A stretch of 64,000 nt of DNA from Tubiluchus corallicola. Taxonomy: Eukaryota > Animalia > Priapulida. The position numbers were made by a program, and so were the translations under genes. Where the stretch lies: the NCBI GenBank assembly GCA_030141605.1, contig JAQGDQ010000400.1, positions 62,001-126,000 on the forward strand, given 5' to 3'. Below are positions 52,194 to 64,000 of the stretch, piece by piece; the first letter of the stretch is position 1, and each line of letters begins with the position of its first letter. Under the pieces are notes generated by a model. The model had not been told where the DNA came from and ran no database searches. It saw only the letters and a program-made list of their open reading frames with translations.

Positions 52194-52904
52194 CTGTGTA
52201 GATTTACCACAGCCAGTATCTCCTGCAACAATTACAACAGGATGACTAGTAACCATCTGAACTATTGAATCTTTATATTTATATATAGGCAGGTTTTCCT
52301 GGGCTTTCCGCAAAGCCTGAAGTTTATTAAATTTCTGCTTCTGAAGAAAATCAATGTAACAAATCAATATGTATTTGAACTGAGATAATCTTGTTAAAGT
52401 CAACTCTTTGGCCTTGGTTGTTTTCGCTGCCATCTTTTGAATTTCTTTCATACTTTTTCTTATGGTTACATTAATACGATATCTTTTGTCATAATGTCTC
52501 GGGATGCCAAGCTTACTCTCTGCAACTTCTGGCGTATGTTTTTCATTGCTTCTTCGAGCATGAAATTTCACGAACTTTCGCAGAAACTCCCAAAATTCCG
52601 TGTACTCTGGTGAATCTTTCGGAAAGACGTCGTGACTGTTAAAAAATATTTGAGTCAAGGCAGACTTGCATCCTTCCCAGTCGAAGTTGTAATCAAACTC
52701 ATCTTCGGCAAAATCATCTGACTGCTCATTTGTTTTGTGCTTTCCACGAGTGCTTTCACTTTTGTCGGGTGATGATGCCTCCTCGTCCTCATCTCTTCGT
52801 TTACGTTTCTTCTTAAAGTAATAAGAATGACTTTCGGAAGGACAACTGTTGCAATGGCGGTGACTTTCTACAGCATCTCTATACTTGCGTCTGTGCTCGC
52901 TCAT
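52194..52904 (-). CDS. DHX34: DHX34 coding exon 1 (basic N-terminus to motif I)
   Basis: ATG 52904; KKKRKRR NLS-like; YDKRYRIN; QENLPIYKYKDSI; AGDTGCGKSTQ then GTAAAA donor; ttttgcag acceptor at 52984-52985 implies an upstream 5' UTR exon. Confidence 0.93.
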
Positions 52905-53338
52905 GTCATCTCTTGCACAAAATCTTTATTTGATTGTCAGTACAAGGTGGGTTCAGCAGCCGGAATCTGCCAGACGGTTTAGCTGCAAAAAATGGAAGCA
53001 ATTATAAAATACACACGACAAGATGATAAACTACAGATTTACAAACCACAAAATTCCACTTATAGCAGTGAAATAAATTTTCTATGCAATTCATTATGGT
53101 CAATCCGAAAAAATGCTACAAGTGCCATACACTTGCCATTTGAATTAACATTGACCCTGGCCTATGAACAAGTATTATAAGTAAGAATAAATAAAGGCGT
53201 GTCGCAATAAATAAGAAAATAAAAAAGTCCTCCCCAATGTTGCAATGCATCAAGAATAATTTGATTGACTAAAATACACTCAGATCAGTATTTCATTAAT
53301 CTACGAAGGTACAGGATATCAACCTATAATACAGATGC

Positions 53339-53458
53339 AACTACGGCCAAATCACGTTGAAAACACCGGTTCTCGCCTGATCACCGAAGTTAAGCAACGT
53401 AGAGCCTGGTTAGTATTTGGATGGGTGACCGCCAAGGAATACCAGGTGCTGTAGGCTT
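53339..53458 (+). rRNA. Full-length 5S rRNA-like sequence (probably SINE head or pseudogene)
   Basis: ctacggcc...gaaaacaccggttctcg...gatcaccgaagttaagcaacg...ggttagta...ggatgggtgaccgcc...gaatac...gtgctgtaggctt; no T4 terminator follows. Confidence 0.85.
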
Positions 53459-53860
53459 GCAGGATGCCCACACTGTATCTCGACACTAGGCGGAGGCGCT
53501 GCACAAGCAGCCAACGGCTAAAGGGCGGAGGAGGTCAAGTGAGCCAACGGCCATGTGTAGAGGAGTAAACCTTCCAAATCAGGAGTGGAGCCCCGAAGGC
53601 TGACCAGTGCAACATGCTCAGTGACTCTGGCAGCTCCTGCAGCCAACCTGGTGCCAAACGTATCGCTCCGCTTTCCTTTGGACTACACCAGGGAGGAAGA
53701 GAGGGGGTACCTGTAGTCTGGGCAACTCAGGATCTCCATACACCTTGCCCAGGCGTGCGCCCTGGAGAGGCCACTCCAGTGGTTCAAGGATCGGATTGCT
53801 CAGCCACAGTCGACGCTGCAGCTCCATCAATGTGATCAATAACTGATTCTCTTGGTGCAC
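53339..53860 (+). mobile_element. 5S rRNA-derived SINE (SINE3) candidate
   Basis: 5S head fused to a 400-bp GC-rich body that recurs at 39526-39891. Confidence 0.7.
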
Positions 53861-54587
53861 CGCTTTTAAAACATCCTCTGTTGAGACCGTCTCTAATCCT
53901 TTTATATTTGCTACAAGTAAATAAATGTTCTGCTGTGTCTAATTCACTATTACATATGGTACATATGAAATTTCTTATAAATGAAGCCTATAAATTTGCT
54001 TTTACTTTGACCATATTAAGTCTTAAATCCAAAATATTTAACTTTTACATAATTGAATTTTGAAAAATATTCCTTCTGTTCCCATTCACTGCTTTCCAGA
54101 AATCTTAGTTTTGTGCTTTTTTTTATATTTTCACTGGCACTTCTCTTGTATCACAGATGTTATTATAACGTTTACATATTTTTCCACTCTGATTCAATAT
54201 CATGACCGACTGGGTAAACCTTGCAATAAGTGAACTAAACTAATGAATACCAACTACGGAAATGGAATTCAATAAATTCAGATTTCAACAAGTGTGATCA
54301 GTTGCAAAACTTTGTGATTCAGTGTATTGTACCTTGCACTTAAATTATTTGAGTGCCTGCTATCTGGTACAGATGGCACTACCGAAGCACGGAATTACCT
54401 CACGAATATAAAATAAATACAGTACAATACTAAGCTTTTCTATATTACACATTTTACATTTATATACACATAATACACTGTAATACATTTTACTTCTGGT
54501 AGTGCTGCTGCGAACAATATGGGAAATCTTCGAAATTTATTGAATCATTGTCTTAACGGCGATGCGTCTAAATAAAACTGCGACAGT

Positions 54588-54599
54588 AAAAATGGCGGC
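54588..54599 (+). promoter_or_regulatory. YY1-like motif overlapping the GLMP start codon in the DHX34/GLMP divergent region
   Basis: AAAATGGCGGC. Confidence 0.35.
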
Positions 54600-54717
54600 T
54601 TTCACGTGTTTTGATTTTTATTGTTTTTTGACATTATACATTATAATCACATTTTGTGGATTTGAACGCGAATCTGTATATGCTAAGCATGCAGATAATG
54701 TAGGTTTAGCTAGAGAG
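54592..54717 (+). CDS. GLMP: GLMP exon 1 (signal peptide)
   Basis: MAAFTCFDFYCFLTLYIIITFCG...ARE; GTAATG donor; phase 0 fits exon 2. Confidence 0.75.
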
Positions 54718-54748
54718 GTAATGTACTTACCAGGTTACATGTTTAGGG

Positions 54749-55486
54749 CGCGTAGTACGCCACTAGCCGAAGTAGGACACTTCCGTTAATGCGCATGTGA
54801 TAAATTTGCGGAAAACCAGTGTCGTACATGGGCAGCACAAGTAGGACACTGGTGATCTCTGTCTAGAATCGAGAATTATGACTTAATAAAACATTAAACT
54901 AAATTTGTTTTAGGGAAAAAGTAACTTCAGTTCAAAGTCTTTAATCTTTATAATCATGATGGATAGTCCTTGACATTTTACAAATGTACTTTTTACAATA
55001 ATATCATCATTATTATTAGCTCCGTTAATATCATCGTAACATTAAACTAAATATCTAATGCTTTAAAGAGAGAAACTATGTAATGCACATAGCTCGCTAG
55101 CCCGTTCACTTAGTAGAAATTTGTCCAAGAGGTAGTGAAACGGATCACTTGTCACAGATCACAAGACAAAATAAAAATGATATACCTTAAGCAAGCATTG
55201 GAATCGCCTGAGAAGTGGGCTTATTTCGCTTCAAAAAGATTAATATCGAAGACAAATATAATATTGGCCGTTTTACTAGCTCAGAATGAGATTCTTTTAT
55301 TTTATCAGATGTATAATAAATTAGTCAACGTGTATTGACATTTTCAATTACTATTATTAAATAAACAAGGACACCGGACGCTGCCAATACGGTTAACAAC
55401 TCATTTCGTGACCTGTCTCTAGTGTCCTACTTGGGCAGCCCATGTACGATACGATACGTTCTACTTGGGCTAGTGTCCTACTCCAC
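54749..55486. mobile_element. MITE family A copy 2 (GLMP intron 1)
   Basis: Homologous to 3351-4013; ends GGCTAGTGTCCTACTCCAC. Confidence 0.75.
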
Positions 55487-55744
55487 TATGTTAACACTAT
55501 GTTATCTGGGCGTTCAACTTATTTCCGAGGCTCAACCCTTTTTGTATGAAGGTGAGCCATCAAAAACTGCTACTTGGCTGAAAAAGAAAAAACATTCTTA
55601 ATGCACGTAAACCTTACAACGTCTTTTCATTATATCACTGATTACTTTTTTACCCATATAAATATTCTGAAATAAAAACAAATTTATTCGTTCATCATCA
55701 TAAACTGCTTTCCATGAAGCCATTCTTTCACTTTCATTAAGAGA

Positions 55745-56090
55745 TTATTCATTTCAATTCAAATTCAATTCACAAGGTTTATTTATCTCTAATATAATAT
55801 TTATAGCACAAATACAACAAATTATGTAAAGTGTGTAAAGATGGGGTGGCGAAAGATCAGGAGATCATCGAGTTAGCCACCCCTATTAGCTTAAAAACAT
55901 GTGCTCTTAAGTTTCTAACCTTGAACCACATTTACACTTTCTGTCATTCTCATTTATCCTCCATTTATATAAGGAATTTCCATTGACTTCCAGGGCACCA
56001 ATCCTTAGTTTTACCAACAGTTCTGAATCGTACATATCTTTCATCGAGGCTTCGTAATAGGGATTTGGTTTATTCCGTTTATACCTCACG
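55745..56090 (-). mobile_element. LINE 3' remnant
   Basis: LRIGALEVN...KW...CKCG..ET peptide; GGGGTGGC...GCCACCCC hairpin; AATAAA and (GAATT)n tail on the minus strand. Confidence 0.55.
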
Positions 56091-57151
56091 TTTAAGGCTC
56101 ACTCAAAATCGTAATTACATATTATGTTTTCGTTTCATAACTTTCAGGTTTATTGCTCTTATACCATTGCTATTATCACATCATTTACTTCATCCTTATT
56201 TACATTAAGTTTAAATGTTACATCTACAGAAGCACGCATAACTATAATCATTTTTTCATTTAAGTAAGGTGAGTGTGTTAATGACCGTATGGTCGTACAC
56301 TCACCTCGCACTACTCAAATTATTTTATTTAAAGTTTATTAATGTGTATGATATTGTATTTTTTGATGTGTGAAATAAAATTCATAGTACCTAAAAGCAG
56401 CGCTGCATATTGACAATCTATTATGTTATAATTGTAAACCCTTTTCTCTCACTGCATTCAGTCAAATTATCCCGGCCTTTTTTAGAGAGCCTTATATCAG
56501 CTAGAATGTTCCCATACACTGATAAATTAAATTTATCTGCTAGAAAGGTCACCCTGCATATCCATTTAGATACAATCCTACAGGCGACAGCAAATGAAAT
56601 TGCTTTCTTAATCAATCTCTCACTGCCCCATGATGTCTACCTACTTGAAACTCAATAAGTCAGTGTGTCGAGCAATGGTGTAAAACAGTGTAGTACTCTT
56701 ATTAGCATAGAGTACACACTCAGATAAGAATGTTCTATATGTTCTGTTGAACCACAGTTTCATAATGGGAAATTAACTCATCCAATGTCTTACGGAGGTA
56801 GTAGTACTAAAGTTTAACATAGTCATCCATTTGTAATCGAAGAAGTTTTGAGGCTTTGACGGAAAGTCAAATTTGCCCTGCATGGTGGCTCTCGAAATTT
56901 TATTACACTTTTTGCACTCATTTACAAACATTGACAATTTTACATACATGTAGGGTAATCAAAATTTTTCTTGGTTTAGTAACCTGTAGCTCATCCAGAT
57001 AGTTATGAGTACACTTTATGGTTTAGCCTGCCATGTTTCACACGTTAATAACTAATTGACGTGTTTATCAGAGTATTGTTCTTGGGAAACAGAATGGTTT
57101 TATACAAAGATTAAGAAGAAAATCATCAGAATATTTATTTTTTATATTTAG

Positions 57152-57281
57152 TTACGCATGGTCGTTAATCCGGGCTGTGATGAAGATTGGTGTCGCCATG
57201 ACAACGAAACGTTTCATAACTTAGTCCACATTAGTGCAGAAGGAGTTAATGACACGGTTCACTACATTTGGAGTTCAATTG
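57152..57281 (+). CDS. GLMP: GLMP exon 2
   Basis: LRMVVNPGC...NLVHISAEGVNDTVHYIWSSIG, similar to [22 protein letters not shown] as recalled; not in the ORF track. Confidence 0.88.
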
Positions 57282-57296
57282 GTAATTGATTGAGTA

Positions 57297-57910
57297 ACAT
57301 TACCTTGTTGAGTAACTATAGCAGAGTAGTTGTTACCTGAACTGATTCACATTATCCTGGTTGAGTAACTATAGCGGATGGTTGTTACCTGAACTGATTC
57401 ACATTATCCTGGTTGAGTACTATAGCAGATAGTTGTTACCTGAACTGATTCAAATTATCCTCGTTGAGTACTATAGCAGATAGTTGTTACCTGGACTGAT
57501 TCACATTATCCTGGTTGAGTACTATAGCAGATAGTTGTTACCTGAACTGATTCACATTATCCTCGTTGAGTACTATAGCAGATAGTTGTTACCTGAACTG
57601 ATTCACATTATCCTGGTTGAGTCCTGTAGCAGATAGTTGTTACCTGAACTGATTCACATTATCCTCGTTGAGTACTGTAGCAGATAGTTGTTACCTGAAC
57701 TGATTCACATTATCCTCGTTGAGTACTGTAGCAGATAGTTGTTACCTGAACTGATTCACATTATCCTCGTTGAGTACTATAGCAGATAGTTGTTACCTGA
57801 ACTGATTCACATTATCCTCGTTGAGTACTATAGCAGATAGTTGTTACCTGAACTGATTCACATTATCCTCGTTGAGTAACTATAGCAGATAGTTGTTACC
57901 TGTACTGATT
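57297..57910. repeat. Minisatellite, 51-bp unit x 12
   Basis: cacattatcctsgttgagtactatagcagatagttgttacctgaactgatt, nearly invariant. Confidence 0.97.
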
Positions 57911-58176
57911 CCTTTTATTTCATTTGAACAAAATATTAGTCTAGTAAGGCAAGTCATTTTTCTTGAAACATGGTTATTTTTTTATGTAAAATACAAACTG
58001 TTTAATAAAAAATTCTTGGTTACAAAATAAACTAAAAAAGCTGTAAGCGATAGGTAAATATTATTTATTTACCAGGTACATAATGTTGCATATTATTGGT
58101 TTATTATATAAGTTCTATAGTTAACAGACTATAAGTTCGTTTTTATATGTATGCCGTTTTTATACTTTCATTTCAG

Positions 58177-58322
58177 GTGCTCCCACATTTCTGGTGGCAT
58201 TGACAGAAACAGACTCAAGTCTTACTGTAGATTGGAAAAAACTTTTGTTGTCAAATGATTCTGCAAACTCAGTGAAGTTTACAGCGACACCTTTCTTTTC
58301 GTTTGCTGTGATATTTACTCGT
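58177..58322 (+). CDS. GLMP: GLMP exon 3
   Basis: APTFLVALTETDSSLTVDWKKLL...FAVIFTR; tttcag / GTGAGT. Confidence 0.9.
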
Positions 58323-58671
58323 GTGAGTTGCTACATTCGAACTTTATTGTCAAGAGCTTCCTACTTTCATCACACTTCTAGGTACATTTAGAATCGCATG
58401 TTTGATGGCTAATGCTGATAATGTATAGCATCTGCACAAAAAAGGGACGAACTGTAAGCATTCTGTGCTCTCAAGTCAACTGGGAACTCTAGCGCGTATT
58501 TGGTCATCGAGAAATTTTTTGCATTTCGGACATTTTCCGATCCAATCTTCCTTAAAATTAGATTTTTCTTCATCAGTTATTTAACTTCAGGCAATGGTCA
58601 TCCAACTCCTTATAGTTTTTGAGAGGTTAGGCCAAGAGATAGGTCACTGAGGCAAGATTTACTTTTTATAA

Positions 58672-58750
58672 TTATGTTACTATATGATACTATGTTACTA
58701 TATGATACTATGTTACTATATGATACTAATTATGTTACTATATTATACTA
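58672..58750. repeat. 18-bp tandem repeat x 4
   Basis: tatgttactatatgatac units. Confidence 0.8.
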
Positions 58751-58913
58751 GATGCTACTAATTTCAGTTTTAATAAAATGCAACGGATCAATTATTGAAA
58801 AAAGGCCGTGTTTCTAAATAAATTAAAGTTTCTTCCTTGAAGGCATTGCAATATTGACATATTGCTGTTACTAATGTTGCTGGCGTATTTTATACTTGGT
58901 TTTGTGTTTTCAG

Positions 58914-59096
58914 CTCTTCGATTACAACGACGAGAGAGATTTGACCGACCTGAGTGTAGCAGAAAATGTCACCCAGTACTTTCTACAGAAACTGCATTGG
59001 TCAGACTTCAATAAGTCGGCTAGTGTAGACAGGTTTTCTGGAGCTTTCAAGCTTTTAAATCACAAGGGAGCTAATAATGAATCCATCCAGTTTTGG
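58914..59096 (+). CDS. GLMP: GLMP exon 4
   Basis: LFDYNDERD...LQKLHWSDFN...IQFW; tttcag / GTATGG. Confidence 0.88.
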
Positions 59097-59867
59097 GTAT
59101 GGCTGTTTATGTATGATGCCACCTAATATTTATAGTTAAAGTAATTCACTGGTGAAGAGCCATGTTCTATATATGCACTAATCCATCTGCTGAAGTTTTT
59201 TTTCAAAGAAAAATTGAGTGATTAGACACTGTCAGCGACGCTCGATAGTGTGATAATGCGTGAACAGGATACATTTTGTCTTTTGGAAATTTTTTGGTGG
59301 AATTGGTAGATCAGAATTGAGAGGATCATTAAAAATTACATTGGTGAACTTTTCTAAACAATTTATTTTGTTCCTATATGTTACTAATTTCCATGAGCTG
59401 TACAGTCAAAAGTAGGAAATACTTTGCACATGCTTAAGTATTTCACCTGTTAACATTACAAAAGAAAGATTAATTTCTTTGCGAAAATATAAAACTTGAT
59501 TTTTCACAACATGTAGTAAAAATATAACACTTTGCAAGATAAAATTGCTAAGATTAACTGGGTTAAGCTGATGATATATATATATATATATATTTCCTAA
59601 AGTAGGAAAAGTCATTGAGAGGGTATGTAATTTACTGAAGACTTCAGAAGTTTTAGGGACTAATGAATTTAGACTGACTCTCTGTAATGTGAATTTTATA
59701 TTTTGTAGGTATCTTAAAGTAACTTCAATTTAGCTACTTTTCAAAAGGATGGTGGCACACATGCGCTATTTAAAACATTTTAGCGGACGATTGGGCCTGT
59801 CCAGTACAGTAATTACCGTGGTGTGATTTTGCATTTAATTCTCAACTTTAAATGCATTCATTAGAAC

Positions 59868-60015
59868 AGTGGTTCCCAACCTTTTGTTGACGGTGATCCC
59901 TTTTCAGAACCCTGCATCATATTGCGGCCCAATGAAGAACATACTAGTAATCATTATTGTTCCCATTTTTTAACTTACTATACTACAAATTATCGAACAA
60001 CGGGTGATTATTTCA
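59868..60015. mobile_element. hAT MITE end fragment
   Basis: CAGTGGTTCCCAACCTTTT, reverse complement of the 21820-21982 region. Confidence 0.75.
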
Positions 60016-60348
60016 TTAATTCATTCACGTGATGGTTGTAACTGTTTCTCAGGCAATATATATATATATGTCATCAACTTAACCCAGTTAATCTTAGCAA
60101 TTTTATCTTGCAAAGTGTTATATTTTTACTACAAGTTGCGAAATATATATATATTTATACTTTTGTAATTTGTATACAGGCCTATTAAACTAATTGATTT
60201 CATAGTGATTTGATATTGTAATCACCTTGTGGTACTTACAACATAAGTATTTTTTTGTTGACTGTGAGTGTTGCCTGTTTAGAATCTTTTATTCTGAAAA
60301 TGAAGCCATGTACCTGGCCATTTTAATCGGCTTGCTTTACTTCGTCAG

Positions 60349-60573
60349 ATGAGAGCTTACGCTGACAGCACCCGTTCCGAAGATTTGCCGAGGCTGCTAC
60401 ACTCTCCGGACAGCATGCAGCTTCAATTTGTGCTTGATGGCTTCTTGCATAAATATCAGCAGTCGAGATTTGCTCTAGAGTACATGTTCGTTACAAAGTC
60501 AAGAACTGGACAAAAGTATGCGCTACACGTGGAGAAAAGCATTGATGATGAATATACACCTGGAGTTTTCAAA
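60349..60573 (+). CDS. GLMP: GLMP exon 5
   Basis: LPRLLHSPDSMQL...SRFALE...SIDDEYTPGVFK signature. Confidence 0.93.
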
Positions 60574-61566
60574 GTATGTATTTTAGGTAGATCTGTTAAA
60601 GAAATGGTGATGATAGCAAAGTTAGTTTTGCGTTGTCTCAATGCTAACGAGTACAGTTACGACAACGATTTGTTCTGATGAATTAGTCGCACGACGGCTT
60701 GGACGTAAGTCGGATCCGTATGTTCATGCAGTGCTCCTCTACACGTAAGATGTTGTGTGTGTACGCACACTAAATATGGCAGCGTCTACAGATGAATTTG
60801 TCGCGACAGATAAAGATTTAAAATTAATTTGCTTAAAAAGAAGAAAGGAATATGAGTTATTATTAGTCTTGTGTAATTGATTAATTAAGTTGGGGTCGTA
60901 AAGTTGAACAGTCGTAAGTTGCAGAGGTCGTAGGTCAACAACTACCTGCATGCATAACCTTTATTCATTTTGTGTAAGTGTAACCTATATTGAATTAGGA
61001 TGAAAAGTAAAAAGTAAAAAAAAGTCGAATACTTCCGGTTAAGCTTCTCTTTGCAGCCACTTTGCTTAACCTCGTTAACTTTTTGGTGCGTAACGTCACA
61101 GAATTCGAAATTTGAAAATATAAATCCTCATAAAAACATTTGTACACTGCCTTAGGGTACGACTCATTTTGCTGGTTTTGTGATTTTTCATCAAAAGTCA
61201 TTCGTTTTCGATTTTGCTCAAATTTGTCAAGAGCAGAATTCTTCAGATTTAAGATTTGTGCAAACCTGGCTGCATTAAAATATAGCAGATTTGTTGTTAG
61301 AGTGTCTAATAAACAGATTTACAACATTCAAATGGGACACGTTTACACATATAAGGATTATTGTTTGATCTTGTATACATATTGTCTCTATTGCTTCGAC
61401 GGTAATTCAAATTTGTCTAAATGTTTTGAAGACTATTGAAAACACTTTTGTAATGCAAAATGTCAAAAAAATCAAAACTAACTTTTTTATAAGTTTTTTC
61501 GCTGTCTTTTGGTTTTGCTTTGCTTGTTTGTTACTAAATGTAACTTATTTTAAGTACGGGCTTTGC

Positions 61567-62124
61567 TTAAAGGAAGAATGGGCGATTGTTTAGACTCAAT
61601 CTCATTTTAATTTACTGTCCAAAATATACATGTTCTTGCCTATAAAAGTTAGCAATTGTTCCTTATATTTGAACAATTAGCTTAGAAAGTTAACTAACGG
61701 CGACCGAACACAGCTATTGCTTACGTCAGAAACTAACAGAGTTTGTGCAATGGCAGGCGTCTTCCCTTTGCACGTTTGCACATCAAGCACGTTTGCATAA
61801 GTGTTAGAGTACTGTTTAAACGCATGATGTCACGAAAAATGGGCTTTACATCATATGACGTCAGAAACTAACACAGCATTTCATGATCGTGGTTATAGCG
61901 GTACCACCTTCTATTTGTCGACCATGTGATAAAAAGGCGGCACTGCCAATGTTAGTAGATTCACTGAGCTGTGAGTAGCTTTGAAAGTTTAACGAAATTT
62001 GAGTATCAGAAGTAATTATTATTTAACCTAAGCTTTGATTTAAAAAGAGCTATTGCAGTTTTCAATATTTTAGAGCATTTTTATTCTGAACTAATGTTTA
62101 CACAATCATGGGGTTTTCCTTTAA
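61567..62124. mobile_element. Kolobok-like non-autonomous element
   Basis: TTAA|AGGAAGAATGGGCGATTG ... CAATCATGGGGTTTTCCT|TTAA; TTAA TSD. Confidence 0.7.
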
Positions 62125-62250
62125 TGAAGATTTTAAATAACCTATAAGCTTACATATCATAAGTATAAGTACTTGGGCTACTAATAGCTCTCAAATAGTC
62201 GTATTAATAAAAACTTGCAGTAAAATATGCTGTCAACTGTATATTTCCAG

Positions 62251-62519
62251 ATGTATCAGTATACAACTTCAAATGTGAACAATACGGGTTTCATGGTTTG
62301 GAAGCCAGTATGCTACGCTGGCAAAGAACACAGCTTAGAGAATGATCGGTTGGTACAAGTGTACAATCTGCGTTATGAGGTAGAGACCATACCAAAGGAT
62401 AGCATAGCTTATGCTTACTATGGTTCTGTGGATCCTCGGTTGTTACAGGTTTCTGCAATAAATGTGTCATTCGGAACACAGGCTGATGGTTATTATGTTG
62501 CAAGTAAATATTTGGACTG
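62251..62519 (+). CDS. GLMP: GLMP exon 6
   Basis: GFMVWKPVCY...SIAYAYYG...NVSFGTQADGYY...YLDW; GTGAGT donor, phase 2. Confidence 0.93.
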
Positions 62520-62624
62520 GTGAGTACCACACCCTGATTTTTATTGAAATCAAGTGAGTAATGTTTTCAGCTTTACTAACTCATGCAATGCTGCATTTTA
62601 TTATACTGTGTCAAATTGTACATA

Positions 62625-63039
62625 CAGTCAACATCGCATATGAGCCGGACCAGAAAAAACCGTCCCTTATATCCGATGTCCCTTATAGCTGAAGTTGAGT
62701 CAGACCGAGGGTGTATCTAGACTTGTACTTCTGTGTACTTTTACCCATATTTTTATGGATTATTGCTACACACTCAGTGGAAACGGTATGTAGGAGCTGT
62801 TCGAAGGCCGAGTTTGCGAAAAATTGAGGTTAAAAATTGATCAATTTCGCTTTGATCATATGGTCCCTTATATGCGAGGTAATTTACCTGGGTTTCTATT
62901 ACACGGGACCTGAAGATATCGTCCCTTATATCCTAGTACCTCATATATAATGATTTTTACATAGGAAAAACGTTACGAAAAATCAGGACCGGTGTTGGTG
63001 GTCCCTTATAAGCGAGTACCTTATTACCGAGTTTGACTG
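62625..63039. mobile_element. pogo/Tigger-like MITE, family B copy 2
   Basis: TA|CAGTCAAC ... TTTGACTG|TA; homologous to 25628-26144. Confidence 0.85.
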
Positions 63040-63289
63040 TATTTTTATGCATGACATTTTAATGCTCTTGGAAATTTAAACAGCATTAACTCTGTCTGAC
63101 TGAGAAAATGATTGTAATATTGTTATCTCAAAGCCATTTCTAAACTAGAACTCTGAATACAACATTAGAAGAGATCTCTCTTATGTTTATTATAGCAGTT
63201 TGCACCTTTGATTTTGTGCTCTAGATACGTGAATTGCCTGGTTTATTACTGGCTGCATATGCCATTCTTACTACTTTTTTGAATTTCAG

Positions 63290-63458
63290 GAATGCATTGT
63301 TGGGCTCAGGTACGCTACCAGAAGATAGGCTATCACCATTAGTTATTGGAGTTATCACTGCAGGTGTTGGTATTCCGTCGCTGCTGTTCACATTTGGGGG
63401 ACTCGCCGTCGTTGTCCAGAAAGTGCGCAATAAAGAAACATTTCCAGAAATTAACTGA
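63290..63458 (+). CDS. GLMP: GLMP exon 7 (TM and cytosolic tail); spliced protein about 415 aa
   Basis: tttcag acceptor; NALLGSGTLPEDRLSPLVIGVITAGVGIP...KETFPEIN*. Confidence 0.9.
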
Positions 63459-64000
63459 ACATTCCTTGCTCCTACAGAATGCTATCTATGTACAGTGAAC
63501 ACATTTACTATCGTATCTTTCAAATATGAGGAAAGCAATTGGTGTCGTTACTTCACTTACCTTTTGAGGCAATTGAAGGTGGTGACAGGAAGTACATGGA
63601 CATTTTCTGTTGCTGTAGGTGTAAGATAAAATACGTGTTTTCATTTTCTGATGTGCTACATTTATTTGCTCAAGTTTAGAGTTCTAAAATGGTGAATTTA
63701 GCAATGAAATTTAAAATCTGGGAGAATAGATATGGTAATGCTATGCTTGCCATGTTTCTTTGCTTAAGTTTGGATTTCTGTAAGTGGTGAATTTGGTAAG
63801 TGAATGTAAAATCTAGAAGCATAGACATAGCTATGCCGTATCTATACAGATCTCTAGCATGCCACATATATACAGAATACATGAGAACAAAGATAATTAT
63901 CAGTTTCATGATGTTAGCTATTGGATGTTTCTTAGCTTGCTTTTAAAAGTCAGTGGTGTACTGTAGATTTCAAGTTCGAGAAACTCGAGGATTATATTCA

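Noticed and set aside
53339-53458. Functional 5S rRNA gene
   Set aside because: Solitary, several substitutions, no oligo-T terminator, fused to a dispersed repeat; a SINE head is more likely, though function is not excluded.
54562-54591. Upstream in-frame ATG for GLMP
   Set aside because: ATG 54592 has better context (AAAATGG) and directly precedes the signal peptide; 54562 remains possible.
57297-57910. CRISPR-like array or 17-aa repeat coding exon
   Set aside because: No unique spacers, eukaryotic context, and stop codons recur in the units. The 114-bp and 23-bp arrays also lack spacers.
52904-63458. Conserved NMD-GLMP linkage (human GLMP lies near SMG5, as recalled)
   Set aside because: SMG5 and DHX34 are not homologous; probably coincidence.

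Overview
AT-rich, intron- and transposon-rich animal (invertebrate-like) genomic DNA; the species cannot be determined from the sequence. A minus-strand DHX34 gene (DEAH helicase of nonsense-mediated decay) runs from its ATG at 52904 through 16 coding exons that I traced by GT-AG boundaries and phase (about 993 codons) and continues off the left edge. Three complete plus-strand genes are nested antisense in its introns: a gamma/delta/zeta-type sarcoglycan with its own 17.5-kb intron inside a 24-kb host intron, a 3-exon two-module LRR surface protein, and an intronless GT-A-fold glycosyltransferase. A 7-exon GLMP (NCU-G1) gene lies head-to-head with DHX34. Repeats include a 5S rRNA-headed SINE-like element, a tRNA-derived SINE whose tail became a long microsatellite, many hAT/Tc1/pogo/Kolobok-type MITEs, LINE fragments and minisatellites. 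Family assignments come from my recall of motifs, not from database searches.
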